Positions 44,553-54,395 of a DNA stretch of 64,000 nt are shown here, piece by piece (position 1 is the first letter of the stretch; each line of letters starts with the position of its first letter). The notes beneath the pieces are model-generated. The model was given only the letters and a program-made list of their open reading frames with translations. It did no database searches and was not told the origin of the DNA. Origin of the DNA: a virus; the IMG/VR virus record IMGVR_UViG_3300032805_000004, positions 14,256 to 78,255 of that record; one strand, written 5' to 3'. The translations under genes and the position numbers were made by a program.

Positions 44553-44789
44553 TCACGCCGCACGGGTCGTTTCACGGCGGGCACGCTTGCGGGTCTTGTA
44601 CTCCGCCTTCGCCACATCAGTCATGCGGTACAGGGAGCGGCCCTGCTCATCGATCCCCGCCTTGGGGAGGTGCCCGCGGTGCACCCACAAGCGGATCGCG
44701 GCAGCGGTCACGTTGGCGAGCTGCGCGGCCTGGGCGCCCGTGACGAGACCGTCCGGGTCGTAGGAGACCACATCGTTCATCGTGATCAC
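44553..44789 (-). CDS. MerR-like HTH protein
   Basis: VTGAQAAQLANVTAAAIRLWVHRGHL..GRSLY. Confidence 0.75.
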   Translation of the reverse strand: MITMNDVVSYDPDGLVTGAQAAQLANVTAAAIRLWVHRGHLPKAGIDEQGRSLYRMTDVAKAEYKTRKRARRETTRAA

Positions 44790-44800
44790 CCCCGGGCGTC

Positions 44801-44826
44801 AAAAAAGACCCGCCCGGGGCGGGTCA
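44801..44826 (-). terminator. Intrinsic terminator
   Basis: Minus strand GACCCGCC-CCG-GGCGGGTC followed by TTTTTT. Confidence 0.8.
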
Positions 44827-44901
44827 AGGCATGGGTGTACTGCTGTTACGAACGTTACGCGATACAGGACCCGGTGAACGAACCCGCCGCGTAAAGATTT
44901 T

Positions 44902-45636
44902 TCAGGAGGCGGCGCGCAGACCGGCGGCCGCGGCAGCATAGGCGTCGTAGTCGGCGCGGGACAGCAGCCTTCCACAGTCTCTCGTGGAGCAGCGGATGTA
45001 CTCTTCGCCTTCCCGCAGCGACAGGCTGATCTGGTCGCAGCGGGGACACGGCAACGGCTTGTGCTGCACACCGGTTCCGGTTTTGGCGCGGATGTGGAGT
45101 AGCCGGTGCCAGTCGCGGATCTCTTCTCCGAGGGGTACGCCGATGTCGGGGTGGGAGATCATGCCGGGGAAGTGGTCGAGGAGCCATAGGACGGTATCGG
45201 TGAATTTGTCTGCTAGGTAGCCGCGGCGGTCGGGTGGGCCGGGGCGGTGGAATCGGGTTTCCCACCAGGCGCATTCCCAACCGTAGAGGACGCTGTACGC
45301 CTCGTCGATGACGTCGAAGTTGGGGCTGGGGGAGCGGTGGCCGGGTGTGCCGGAGACTCGTTCTCCGAGTGCGACTGCGGCGGCGTAGCCGTCGGCGTTG
45401 CCGGATAGGTGCGCGGCGAGTGTACCGAGCTCACTGAGTTCGCGGCGGATGGTGGCTTGGCATCCGCCGCACCACGGATTACCGGGTGTGGCGGTGATGT
45501 CGGGTTTGACGGGCCGTGACTGATCTTTGTCGAGGGGGTCGTAGGCGGCGATCGCTTCGAGCCAAGCGTCGCGGGCTTTGCGGAAGTGGGTGTTGCAGCG
45601 TCCTGGGCATGGACTTTCGGTCATCGGCAGCACCAT
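44902..45636 (-). CDS. Zinc-finger protein, candidate late-gene regulator
   Basis: WCGGC and CPRC..C...C; located just upstream of the terminator and late genes. Confidence 0.5.
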   Translation of the reverse strand: MVLPMTESPCPGRCNTHFRKARDAWLEAIAAYDPLDKDQSRPVKPDITATPGNPWCGGCQATIRRELSELGTLAAHLSGNADGYAAAVALGERVSGTPGHRSPSPNFDVIDEAYSVLYGWECAWWETRFHRPGPPDRRGYLADKFTDTVLWLLDHFPGMISHPDIGVPLGEEIRDWHRLLHIRAKTGTGVQHKPLPCPRCDQISLSLREGEEYIRCSTRDCGRLLSRADYDAYAAAAAGLRAAS

Positions 45637-45677
45637 CCCCGGCGGGAGTTACACGACCGTGATTAGTCTGCCACCTG

Positions 45678-45872
45678 CTAGAAGCCGGCGAAGTAGGCGT
45701 AACGCTTGATATCGGCAAGGAACGCCGCCCACGCCGGGCGGGTGAACGACAGGTGCGGGCCGTCGGGGTTTTTCGAGTCGCGGACGAGGATGCGGTCGTC
45801 TAGGGCTGCCGCTTGGACGCAGCAGCCGTTGGCTGCGGAGTGGGTGGATGTGCGCCAGCGGGTGTCGTCCAT
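45678..45872 (-). CDS. DUF397 protein
   Basis: WRTSTHS..CVQAA..VRDSKNPDGPHLSF...W.AF. Confidence 0.9.
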   Translation of the reverse strand: MDDTRWRTSTHSAANGCCVQAAALDDRILVRDSKNPDGPHLSFTRPAWAAFLADIKRYAYFAGF

Positions 45873-46112
45873 GGTGTGTCGCCTTCTTTGCGTTTGTCGT
45901 GTTCGGGTAGTACGACGGCGAGGATGGCTGCCATGCCTGCGACGTCGGTGGGGAATCCGTGTCGGGCCCAGACACGCCACGCGATCTGCGCCAGGTCAGG
46001 CGTAGCCACGTCGCCGCTCACTGGCCGCGCCGGTTCCGCCACCGTTTCCACCAAATCAAGATCGCTACGGTTACGGCTCCTGAGACGAAGGCGATAAGAG
46101 AACTTATGCTGC

Positions 46113-46340
46113 TCACGCCACCTCCTGCCGGTCAGGTACGTACTCATCCCGTTCCTCGTCATATCTCGTGCAGTGATTGCACCAGTGGCCGTCATCCCGC
46201 ATCAGCCAGCCGTTGTCTTCAGCGTCGTTTACCGCTCCGTCCTCGTCGGACCACGCGTACCAGTCGGTCCCGTCCTGGGCGGATTTGCCGCAGCGGTCAC
46301 AGACGAGCCGGTACATGGTTACTTCGATGATCGCCATCAC
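46113..46340 (-). CDS. Small zinc-binding hypothetical protein
   Basis: CDRCG..GW..HWCNHC. Confidence 0.55.
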   Translation of the reverse strand: MMAIIEVTMYRLVCDRCGKSAQDGTDWYAWSDEDGAVNDAEDNGWLMRDDGHWCNHCTRYDEERDEYVPDRQEVA

Positions 46341-46633
46341 GCCGCCTCCTGCTCCAGTTGCGCGCGCCGGTCCCGCCGCAGCACCCGCCGCTCAGGCGCC
46401 GTCAACCCACCCAGCACCCCATGCTCATCCTCATCGGATGTGAGACTCAACGCCCATTCCAGGCACTCAGCGCGTACCTCACATCGTGCGCAGACCTGGC
46501 GGGCTTTCCGGGCGGTTTCACCTTTCTCCGGGAAGAACAGGTCCCGGCCGATCTCGGCGCACAACGCCTCGTGACGCCAGTCCGCAAGGTCCGGCACATG
46601 CGGGCGGATGATCCCTCTCGGTGGCCAGGTCAT
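46337..46633 (-). CDS. whiB: WhiB-family regulator
   Basis: ALC..LFFP..VCARCEVRAECL..HGVLGGLT..ER. Confidence 0.9.
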   Translation of the reverse strand: MTWPPRGIIRPHVPDLADWRHEALCAEIGRDLFFPEKGETARKARQVCARCEVRAECLEWALSLTSDEDEHGVLGGLTAPERRVLRRDRRAQLEQEAA

Positions 46634-47016
46634 GATGTCCCCTCCTCGCCTAGGTCATACTGCGCCCGGTACTGGATCTGCCGGCAAGTAACGGAGATAG
46701 AAGCAACTGGATCTTCAGTTACGGCCGTACTCAGGTTTTCCGACCAGTCGATGCCCTGCGGGAGGTCTTGCACTAGCAGGGGTCTCCCATCTGCGGCGCT
46801 GAGCGTCACCGTCGTTATTTCCATCGTCACTAGCTTCGCGAGCCGCTGCTCGTCGCTGACGACAACGACCGCGCATTGATCGTCGTCGTAGGATGCCCGG
46901 CACCGGTCCCGGCCGAACTGGTCGCGCCACCGCTCCCCAGGGTTACCGCGCGTGACTTGTTTTCCGCAGCGGGTGCATTTGCCGGTCTGGAAGGGTATCC
47001 GGGCAAGTTCAGGCAT
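46630..47016 (-). CDS. Hypothetical protein
   Basis: Coupled ORF, CTRCG. Confidence 0.5.
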   Translation of the reverse strand: MPELARIPFQTGKCTRCGKQVTRGNPGERWRDQFGRDRCRASYDDDQCAVVVVSDEQRLAKLVTMEITTVTLSAADGRPLLVQDLPQGIDWSENLSTAVTEDPVASISVTCRQIQYRAQYDLGEEGTS

Positions 47017-47257
47017 GGTCTGTCTCCTCTTCGTAGACGGTGGCGAGCAGCCTCAGCCGCCGTTCCACGCTTCCGTCGTGCTGGTGGCCGGTGAGCAGGT
47101 CTTCGATGAGTGCCCGTTTGAACGCGATCTCGCGGAGTACGCGGGCCGGGTCGTTGTAGGCGATGAACACCGCCCCGTCACCGTGGGCGATCCGTTCGTC
47201 TCTTTCGATGTGGTTGTTCAGGATCTCGGTCAGGTCTGGGATGCGGGTTTCGCTCAA
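47009..47257 (-). CDS. DUF6221-like protein
   Basis: DPARVLREIAFKRALI..LRLLATVY. Confidence 0.6.
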   Translation of the reverse strand: MSETRIPDLTEILNNHIERDERIAHGDGAVFIAYNDPARVLREIAFKRALIEDLLTGHQHDGSVERRLRLLATVYEEETDHA

Positions 47258-48036
47258 CGGGTGGCCTCCTTGGCGGCGACGAGGTGGGGGCGTCTCATGT
47301 CGGCTTTCCACCGCTGGGCGGTGCGTTGCGTCACCCCGCATTTGCCCGCCAAGTCGGCGGCGGAGATCGCGGGGTTGCCGGCGACGAGCCGGGCTGCTTT
47401 GGCGCGTTTCTTGTCGCCCCCGGCGATGGTCGCCTGTCGTGTCCGTATCGTCATCCGTGTCGTCGTTGTTGTCGTGTCGCCTGTCGCGACATCTGCCGTG
47501 TCGCCTGTCGTGTCATCAACCGGTGCCACCGCGACAGCTGGTGGCGCAGCGACCGCGACGGGCTCAGCGGCCAGCGGCACCTCGGGCACCACCGCAGGCA
47601 CAGCCACAGGCCCAGTGTCGCCGGAGCGCAGCAGATGAACCAGAGCCGTCCCGAACGCCAGCGTCACAACCGGCATCACCGCAACCACAACCACGATCGG
47701 CCACGGCGCGCGCGGAAGATGCGCCGCGGCGAGGAGGTGATAGATGACCTGACCGGCGCACCCCAGCGCGAGCGCGCCGAGCGCGGACCGGCGGGCGAAC
47801 CTGCGGGCCCGCGTATCGCCGGTGCCGGTGAGCCAGGTGCCGAGCGCGAACGCCGCATACGCCTCAACCCCCACCGGCAGCGTGATCGCCGTGTTCAACC
47901 GGATCCCATCCACGATGCCGGGCAGCGGCTGGACGACACCGAACCCGGCCATCTCACCCAAGCCGACCCAGCCACTCCAGATCGCGATGGCGGCGGGGGC
48001 GGCGATGAGGAGCAGCGGCCACCGCCGGGCGGGCAT
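47254..48036 (-). CDS. Spd-like/DUF2637-like membrane protein with C-terminal HTH
   Basis: Multiple TM helices (LPVGVEAY, VMPVVTL), ISAADLAGKCGVTQRTAQRW. Confidence 0.65.
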   Translation of the reverse strand: MPARRWPLLLIAAPAAIAIWSGWVGLGEMAGFGVVQPLPGIVDGIRLNTAITLPVGVEAYAAFALGTWLTGTGDTRARRFARRSALGALALGCAGQVIYHLLAAAHLPRAPWPIVVVVAVMPVVTLAFGTALVHLLRSGDTGPVAVPAVVPEVPLAAEPVAVAAPPAVAVAPVDDTTGDTADVATGDTTTTTTRMTIRTRQATIAGGDKKRAKAARLVAGNPAISAADLAGKCGVTQRTAQRWKADMRRPHLVAAKEATR

Positions 48037-48481
48037 CACAGCCGCCGCCAAAGCTGGAGACCTAACAGGACGACAGCGACGATGACGAGGAAAGTGATCA
48101 TTAGATCTCCTTGCGGGCTGCGATGTCACGCAGCGACAGCCGGTGGACGGGGATGTCTTCATGGCGTCCTGCGGGGGGAAGTTCCGCGCGCCTCTGCGGC
48201 GCGGCGACAGCAGGTTGATGCCGCCAACTGTTGACGCGCACCATGTCGCTGCCGTTGTCGCCACGCACAGCGGCACGTGGCGACGCGAGCAGCGCCATGA
48301 CACGCCACACCGCCAGCGACACGACGGCGACAACGACCGTCACCTCAGCGCCGATGAGAACCGGCATCATCTCCGTGACCGCGTGCGCCACCATCAGCGC
48401 CCCACCACCGACGCCGGCCACGCAAACGGCGACAGCAACTGCGGCGGCTCCTGCGCCGCCACCACCGGCCGGTCTGCACAT
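48036..48481 (-). other. Two small membrane proteins: 48036-48101 (21 aa) and 48101-48481
   Basis: Hydrophobic ORFs coupled by TAATG and TGATG overlaps. Confidence 0.55.
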
Positions 48482-50337
48482 CAGGTCACGATCCCTTCCC
48501 GGCTCCTCGCCGCCGTGTAGGCGTCGATCTCGTCCACGTCGTACAAGTACGTCCGGCTGCGGTAGTCACGCGGCTCCGGGAACGCCTTGTCCCGTTCCCG
48601 GTCACCATGCAGAGCACGGATCGTTTTCCCATGCGTGCGGCCCATGTCAACCGCCTCAGACAGGCTCACCAGCGTCCTTGTGACAGATGCGGTGTTTTCC
48701 GCGTCGTCTAGCGCTGACCTGCTGTTTCCCAGGTCTGTGATTGTCACAGCCCCCTGATCTGTGACAGGTACAGACGTCCCGTCGAGACGGCGACCGGCCC
48801 GTGCGTAGTCCCGCCAGATCGCCGCTGACTTGTTCGCGTCCAGATCCGCGATGATCGCCTGCACCCAAACCTGGGTCGAGCCGTTGACCAGGCACCAGCG
48901 GCCCTTCTGCGGCGGCGCCGCAGGCACCGGAGTGGTGCCGACAAGCGCTTTCCAGTTCTGCGGCTGGTAGCCACCGAGCAGCCGCAGACCGATCGAGTTG
49001 CGGATACCGCGGATCGTCGCCGACTCGATGTTCTGCCCGGCGGTCAGGAAGTTTTTCTTCACGAACGCGCCTTCCCAGACGCCCTTCTTGGGGACCCGCC
49101 AGATCGGCGGGGTCTTCTTCGCCCGCTTCGGCTTCCACAAGATCGTGCCCCGGTAGTCCTCGTCTTCCTCAGGCCAGTTCTCCCAGAACTCGTCACACAT
49201 CTCCGAGAACTGGTTGACCTCCTCGATTACCAGCAAGTCCCGGCAGAACTCGGCGGTGGGATCTTTGGTCCGCTCATCGATCCGGGTGTCGAGGTCGTCG
49301 CCCCACGCCTGGATCGCGGCCCAGATACCGGGCATGTCCCGCGGGTTGTCACACAACGTCAACCCCGGCAGGCCCTTCAAACCCTGGATCGACGTCCGCT
49401 TCACATCGATGTACGTCACCCGGCCGCCCTTGCGCAGCACCTGGCAGACCATGCCTTCCTCGGTCTCCGTCTTACCGTGCCTGCTTCCAGCGTTTATGAG
49501 GCCGTGGGGAGATTCGGAGCCCCAGTCCCAGCAGACGAGCTGGCCCTGGTCATCAATACCGATGGCGGTCTTGTCCTCCGGGAGGGCCTCAACCTTCTCC
49601 AGCACCGAATGCAGGTAGACGATGCGTGGCAGTTCATGAGCGCGGGTGAGGACCAGGGCTGGCCGCTCATCAGACGTGCGCCACTGCGGGACCAAGTCGA
49701 GACCGGTGCGGGTACGCCACAGGTCCTCGACAGCGGCGCGTTCCTTGCCGGTGGCTTTGAACCCGGCGGGGAGCCGCCAGGCAGCGACCTGGTCACCCGG
49801 CTTCGCGTTGGCGTAGTCCGGGTTCCATGTCACCCCGGCGCTGATGGCTTTGGGTGCGGTGCCGGTGATGGTGGCGAGCGCGGTAGCCATCGGCTGGACA
49901 CGGCGGCTACGGTGCAGCACACGCAGCAGCCACACCGCCGCCCGTGTCTGCGATACGCGGATTGCCCCCCACGTCACCAGCCCTGCGGCAGTAGCCCCCA
50001 ACACGACCAGGGCCACCAAAGGCGCTACGAGCAACCCCACTAGGGCGACCACTGCCGCCAGCAGCGACCCGGCTCGCCACGCCAGCCTCGTCGCAAGATT
50101 GCGGTGCTGCCACGTCGACGCGTGACCCGACCGGTGCAGCACCTTCACGTCCTCACGTCGCGTGAACCACCCGGCGTTCGTCCAATGATGTCGGCCGTGC
50201 ATCAGGTCCACCCCGGTCAGCCACCGGCCCCACACCGTCCACCAGCCATGCGCCCCCGCAGCCTTCCGAACATGCGACACTGCCGCGCCGGCAGTGATCG
50301 CCGCGGCGGCGAGGATAAACAGGCCGAACCACAACAC
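48481..50337 (-). CDS. FtsK/TraB-like membrane ATPase with C-terminal HTH
   Basis: N-terminal TM; PHGLINAGSRHGKT Walker A; IDVK; LLVIEE Walker B; GQ; KGR. Confidence 0.75.
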   Translation of the reverse strand: MLWFGLFILAAAAITAGAAVSHVRKAAGAHGWWTVWGRWLTGVDLMHGRHHWTNAGWFTRREDVKVLHRSGHASTWQHRNLATRLAWRAGSLLAAVVALVGLLVAPLVALVVLGATAAGLVTWGAIRVSQTRAAVWLLRVLHRSRRVQPMATALATITGTAPKAISAGVTWNPDYANAKPGDQVAAWRLPAGFKATGKERAAVEDLWRTRTGLDLVPQWRTSDERPALVLTRAHELPRIVYLHSVLEKVEALPEDKTAIGIDDQGQLVCWDWGSESPHGLINAGSRHGKTETEEGMVCQVLRKGGRVTYIDVKRTSIQGLKGLPGLTLCDNPRDMPGIWAAIQAWGDDLDTRIDERTKDPTAEFCRDLLVIEEVNQFSEMCDEFWENWPEEDEDYRGTILWKPKRAKKTPPIWRVPKKGVWEGAFVKKNFLTAGQNIESATIRGIRNSIGLRLLGGYQPQNWKALVGTTPVPAAPPQKGRWCLVNGSTQVWVQAIIADLDANKSAAIWRDYARAGRRLDGTSVPVTDQGAVTITDLGNSRSALDDAENTASVTRTLVSLSEAVDMGRTHGKTIRALHGDRERDKAFPEPRDYRSRTYLYDVDEIDAYTAARSREGIVT

Positions 50338-50501
50338 GCTCTGTCACGCCCCTCTTTCGGTCATATTCAGTTACCAACTACTCTTCGCAATCAGTCACGC
50401 TCTGTGACAGATCCGGTCCTCTCGCGCTCTCCGGGGGAAGCCGGCGCCGGAGGCGCCGTAAATGCGGCCGGCTTCCCCCTTCTTGCGCGTCACAGTGATG
50501 C

Positions 50502-51143
50502 TCATCTGTCACATTCCTGACGGTCACTGCCACGTTTGCGGGCTGCTCGACGCTGCCGCGACCACGGTGTGTAACGGCGGCAGAGGTGGCGGAGCCATCC
50601 CCGACGCGGTGACGGAGTGTGAGCGGCCCGCTGTTGGGTGCGCAGCACGAGGTTGGTCTCCTCGTCGAGCACGTGCACTTCGTAGCGCACGTCCAAGTCC
50701 GCCTGCCGTGCTGCCGCTTCCCGTTCCCGCCTCACCCGGTCGGCGATGTTCTCCGGCTCGGAGCCGTAGACGAGGTTGGTGCCGTTGCCTTCGCCGCCGG
50801 GTGCCCAGTAGTTGCGGGCCGGGTTGTCGTCCAAGTGCCGGATGAGCGGCTTGCCGGGCGGCGGTGGGCCCTCGAAGGCGAGGAGGACGAGCTGGTGAAC
50901 GAGCCGTCCGGAGTCTTTGCGGCCCGCATGGGAGAGGTTGACCCGCTGGTAGAAGGGGGGGCCGTCTTTGGGGCGGTTGTGGTCGCGTTGCTGGAGGATG
51001 GTGCCGCCGCAGGTGCGGCCGTCGGCGAGGGTGCGGAGGACGGAGCGGATCCGGCCGTGGCTGGACGCCTCGTAGGGCGGTGTGACGCCTTCGGGGAGGC
51101 CGGCGGGCCAGGGGATGGGTGCCCATTCCTCGGGTGGAATCAT
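50502..51143 (-). CDS. NUMOD4-HNH endonuclease
   Basis: YEASSHGRIRS, VHQLVLLAF.G, RHLDDNP..N..NL.YG...EN. Confidence 0.8.
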   Translation of the reverse strand: MIPPEEWAPIPWPAGLPEGVTPPYEASSHGRIRSVLRTLADGRTCGGTILQQRDHNRPKDGPPFYQRVNLSHAGRKDSGRLVHQLVLLAFEGPPPPGKPLIRHLDDNPARNYWAPGGEGNGTNLVYGSEPENIADRVRREREAAARQADLDVRYEVHVLDEETNLVLRTQQRAAHTPSPRRGWLRHLCRRYTPWSRQRRAARKRGSDRQECDR

Positions 51144-51226
51144 GGTGTTCTCTCCTTGGCCGGGGAGTTGCCCGGTCCCTTGGCGCTGTCTTGCCGGATC
51201 ACGGCCAAGGGACCGGGCGCGGGATC

Positions 51227-52268
51227 CTACTTGCCGCGTAGCCGCCTGGCTGCTTCGGCTACGGCTTTCTCGTTTTCGGCTGCGCTGCGTTCCTCGATGG
51301 TGGTGCCGCAGGTGCAGTCTTCGTGCCAGCAGTCGGGGCACACGTCGGGCTGGCTGTTCCGCTTGGCCATGTCGGTCTCCTATTTAGGCTCAGAACCAGT
51401 GCGGCCAGTGCCAGCCTTCGCGGAGGCACACCATCTGCTTAGCGACGTATGCCATGTGAGTGCCGGGTTTGCAGGGCGGCCAGCTCCACGCCACATGCCT
51501 GCTAGGTGTTCCGCAGGCCGCCAGGACGGCCGCGATGACCGCGATGGCGGCGATAGCGCCGAGAACGGCAGCTAGGGTGCGGATCATTGTCGCGTTCTCC
51601 TAGGCGGGTGTGAGGAGGGTGAGCGGCGGGTGCGGGGCATTCATGAGGACGGCGGCTGCGGCTTGGGATGCGGTGAGCGCTCTCCGTAGCTCGTCGACTT
51701 GGTGTCGCAGCGCGGCGTTCTGCTGTTCGAGGGTGTGGCGGCGGACTTGGCGTTCGACGAGGCGGGTTATTGTGGTCATCGGGTCGAAGCCTTCCTGTGT
51801 GGGGTTGGGTTCGGTCATGGGGTTCTGTCTGGTGGTCCCGGTGTCCCATCGCACCGGGACCACCAGTTGTCCGGGGGTTAGATCAGTTATCGCCGTGCAG
51901 CCGCTTCGCTTCCTTGACGGCGTCCTCGCTGGCCGAGCACCAGCAACCACCGAAAATCTGGTGACAGCTAGGGCAGCAGCCTTCCCGCACAGCCGTCTCG
52001 TCGGTGAAAATGCCCATCGGGTTCCTTCCTTTCATCGCCGGGCTGAGAGCCCGGCCGTGGTACTGCCATGTCATCGGGTTCTCTGACTTTCTTCCGCAGC
52101 GCGGGCGCTGGTGATGCCTGGACGACCGCAAGACCAGCAGTCCGGAGCGGTGAACGGGGCCCACGAAAGTCCGCATTCGAGGCAGATGATCGCGCCGCGG
52201 GGAAGGTCCGTCGCCGGGTCGATGCTCTCTGGTGTGATCATCGCTGCGGCTGCCTCCATGCCTGCCAC
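51227..52268 (-). other. Small hypothetical genes (51227-51370, 51390-51587, ORF ending 51600, 52071-52268)
   Basis: Short ORFs, several CxxC; 51390 has a lipoprotein-like LAAC. Confidence 0.45.
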
Positions 52269-52282
52269 GATAGCTCTTATAT

Positions 52283-52314
52283 CCTAGGATGAGCAACCAG
52301 CCTAGGATGAGCAA
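52283..52314 (+). promoter_or_regulatory. Tandem 14-bp direct repeat CCTAGGATGAGCAA, candidate GntR operator and -10 box
   Basis: Exact copies at 52283-52296 and 52301-52314; TAGGAT 8 nt before ATG. Confidence 0.7.
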
Positions 52315-52316
52315 AC

Positions 52317-53078
52317 ATGGCAGTGGCTAAGTATCAGCGGATCGCGGCGCACCTCCGCGAACTGATCAATACTGGTGATTACCCGGCAGGATCGCGGCTC
52401 CCCACTATCGTGGAGATAGCCGCCCAGCACGGCGTATCGAAAGCGACGGCGAACGCCGCTATCTCGTTACTGGAGGCAGAGGGCCTCGTCCGGCCGATGG
52501 AACGGACCGGAATCAGAGTCCTCGATCAGCGGGCGGTGCGGGTGCCACTCAGCCGGTATTCCCGTGTGCTAGCCCCAGGCGGCCGTCTCGGCCCGTGGGA
52601 GACGGCCTTGGCGGCCGCGGGAATCCCCGGTCAGATGGTCCTCCTTGAGGTAGAGCACATGCTGGCGGAACCGGATGTTGCGGTCGCGTTGGAGCTAAGC
52701 CCTCTCAGCCGGGTGGTGCGGCGTGTCCGGCACGCTGTTATCGGTGTCGAGCCGGAGCAGGTTGTCCAGCTTCATGAGGCGTTTTTCCCGGCCCGTCTGG
52801 TGGCGGGGACGCCGATCGCCGAGGACGGGAAGCTTGTCGGTGGTGTCTACGCCGCGCTGGCTGCGGCGGGGCTGATTCCTGCGACGGCGGATGAGACGGT
52901 GACGGCGCGGACTGCAACTCCGGATGAGATCGCACGGTTGTATATGCGGGGGGGGACGGTGATTGCGGTTGAGCGTGTCACCAGGGATGCGAATGGTCAG
53001 CCGCTTGAGTTGCTGCGTGTTGCTGCTGATCCGGCGCGCACAGTGCTGATCTACGATGACCTGCCGCTTAACAGGTAA
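52317..53078 (+). CDS. GntR (HutC-type, UTRA) regulator, KorSA-like
   Basis: YQRIAAHLR..G.YPAGSRLPT..GVS..T..A...L..EGLV; UTRA-like C-terminus. Confidence 0.88.
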   Translation: MAVAKYQRIAAHLRELINTGDYPAGSRLPTIVEIAAQHGVSKATANAAISLLEAEGLVRPMERTGIRVLDQRAVRVPLSRYSRVLAPGGRLGPWETALAAAGIPGQMVLLEVEHMLAEPDVAVALELSPLSRVVRRVRHAVIGVEPEQVVQLHEAFFPARLVAGTPIAEDGKLVGGVYAALAAAGLIPATADETVTARTATPDEIARLYMRGGTVIAVERVTRDANGQPLELLRVAADPARTVLIYDDLPLNR

Positions 53079-53351
53079 CGACGGGCGCAGTGTTCAGCCT
53101 GGGCCTCCCCAGGTGGTCTTCCTGATGTTCGCCTGGCGTTGCCGGTACTCGAATTTGGCGAGTTTCCGGAAGGTGTACCAGGTGCCGACGCGGAGACCGC
53201 CGGCGAGGCCGAGGACGATGCCGATGCAAAGTAACACCACGTGTTTACTGTGCGCTCACGGGGCGGGGCGGCGCAAGTGAGGGTTAACTCACCGCGACCA
53301 TTGGGGATCTATCCGTGGGAAGCAACCCGGCCGAGAGGGAGGACTGAGGGG

Positions 53352-54395
53352 ATGGCTGTGAGGCGGTTACCGGTCATGTGCTGGACGGTGGAGCACGACG
53401 ACGGGTGCGTGACCCACTACCAGGACCGGGCTGAGGCGGTCAGCGATCACGGTGAGGCGGTGGAGCTGGCCGCGTTCGGGCCGTGCTGGGTGGTTGCCTG
53501 TGGTTGCGGGCGGACGTTGAGCACGCGGGAGTATCCGGAGTTTCACCTGTTCAGCGAGTTGGAGGCGCTGGTGCAGGCGCTGGTGCAGGATTGGCGGGTC
53601 GCCGCAGATGGTGACGCCACCTGCTGGGAGTGTCAGGCGATCGAGGGTCTAGGGGCTGCTGGTGGGTGCTGACGGGAACAAGCGCATCGGGTGGCGTTCC
53701 AAAGCCTCTCGCTCCGATGAGAACGGGAACGCGACGTTCGCGGAGTGGGGGATCGCTTTCGGTGCTGATCTCAACCCGGACAGTGTGCTGCTCACTTACG
53801 ACAACCGGGCGGCGGCGGAGTCGGATCTGGGGTTGTCCGGGGCGACGTTTCTGGTGCGGCGTCCGGTGACGGTCGGCCCGTGGGAGGTCGTGGAGCCCGG
53901 CCCGGAAGTGGATGGCGGGTGAACGGAACGGATCTGGTCACTTTCCAGCACGCGTGGGCAACTGGCTGTTAACGTGGGTGGTGACAGCCGATGAGAGTCG
54001 GCCTCGTCGAACCCCTGTGCCGCGTCTCTCCGGGATTCCCCCGACTACTGGAGGGGCGCGGCACCCCCATGTTCACGAGGAGTTGGCACAGGGTGGGGTA
54101 AACCGGGCGGCGTGGATGCGCGTCCTCAGAAAGTTTGATCGCAGGACCTATCAGCGGGGGGATCCGCCGGGGAGGGCTTGACGGGCACGTGGATATGTCG
54201 CGTAGGGGGATGAGGCTGCGGATTGAGCAGCTGCAGGTGGAGAATGAGCGGCTGCTGCGGGAGCTGGCGGCGACCCGGGCGGTCTGCGCGGGTTATGTCG
54301 CGGCGCAGGTGGCTGCTGTCGTTGCTGGGCAGCCGCGGCGGGACGAGCTTGGGCTGCGGCGGGCGAACAGGACCCTGGGCGGCGGCCTGGTTTAG
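53352..54395 (+). other. Small hypothetical genes 53352-53672, 53662-53922, 54189-54395
   Basis: ORFs with plausible SDs. Confidence 0.45.
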
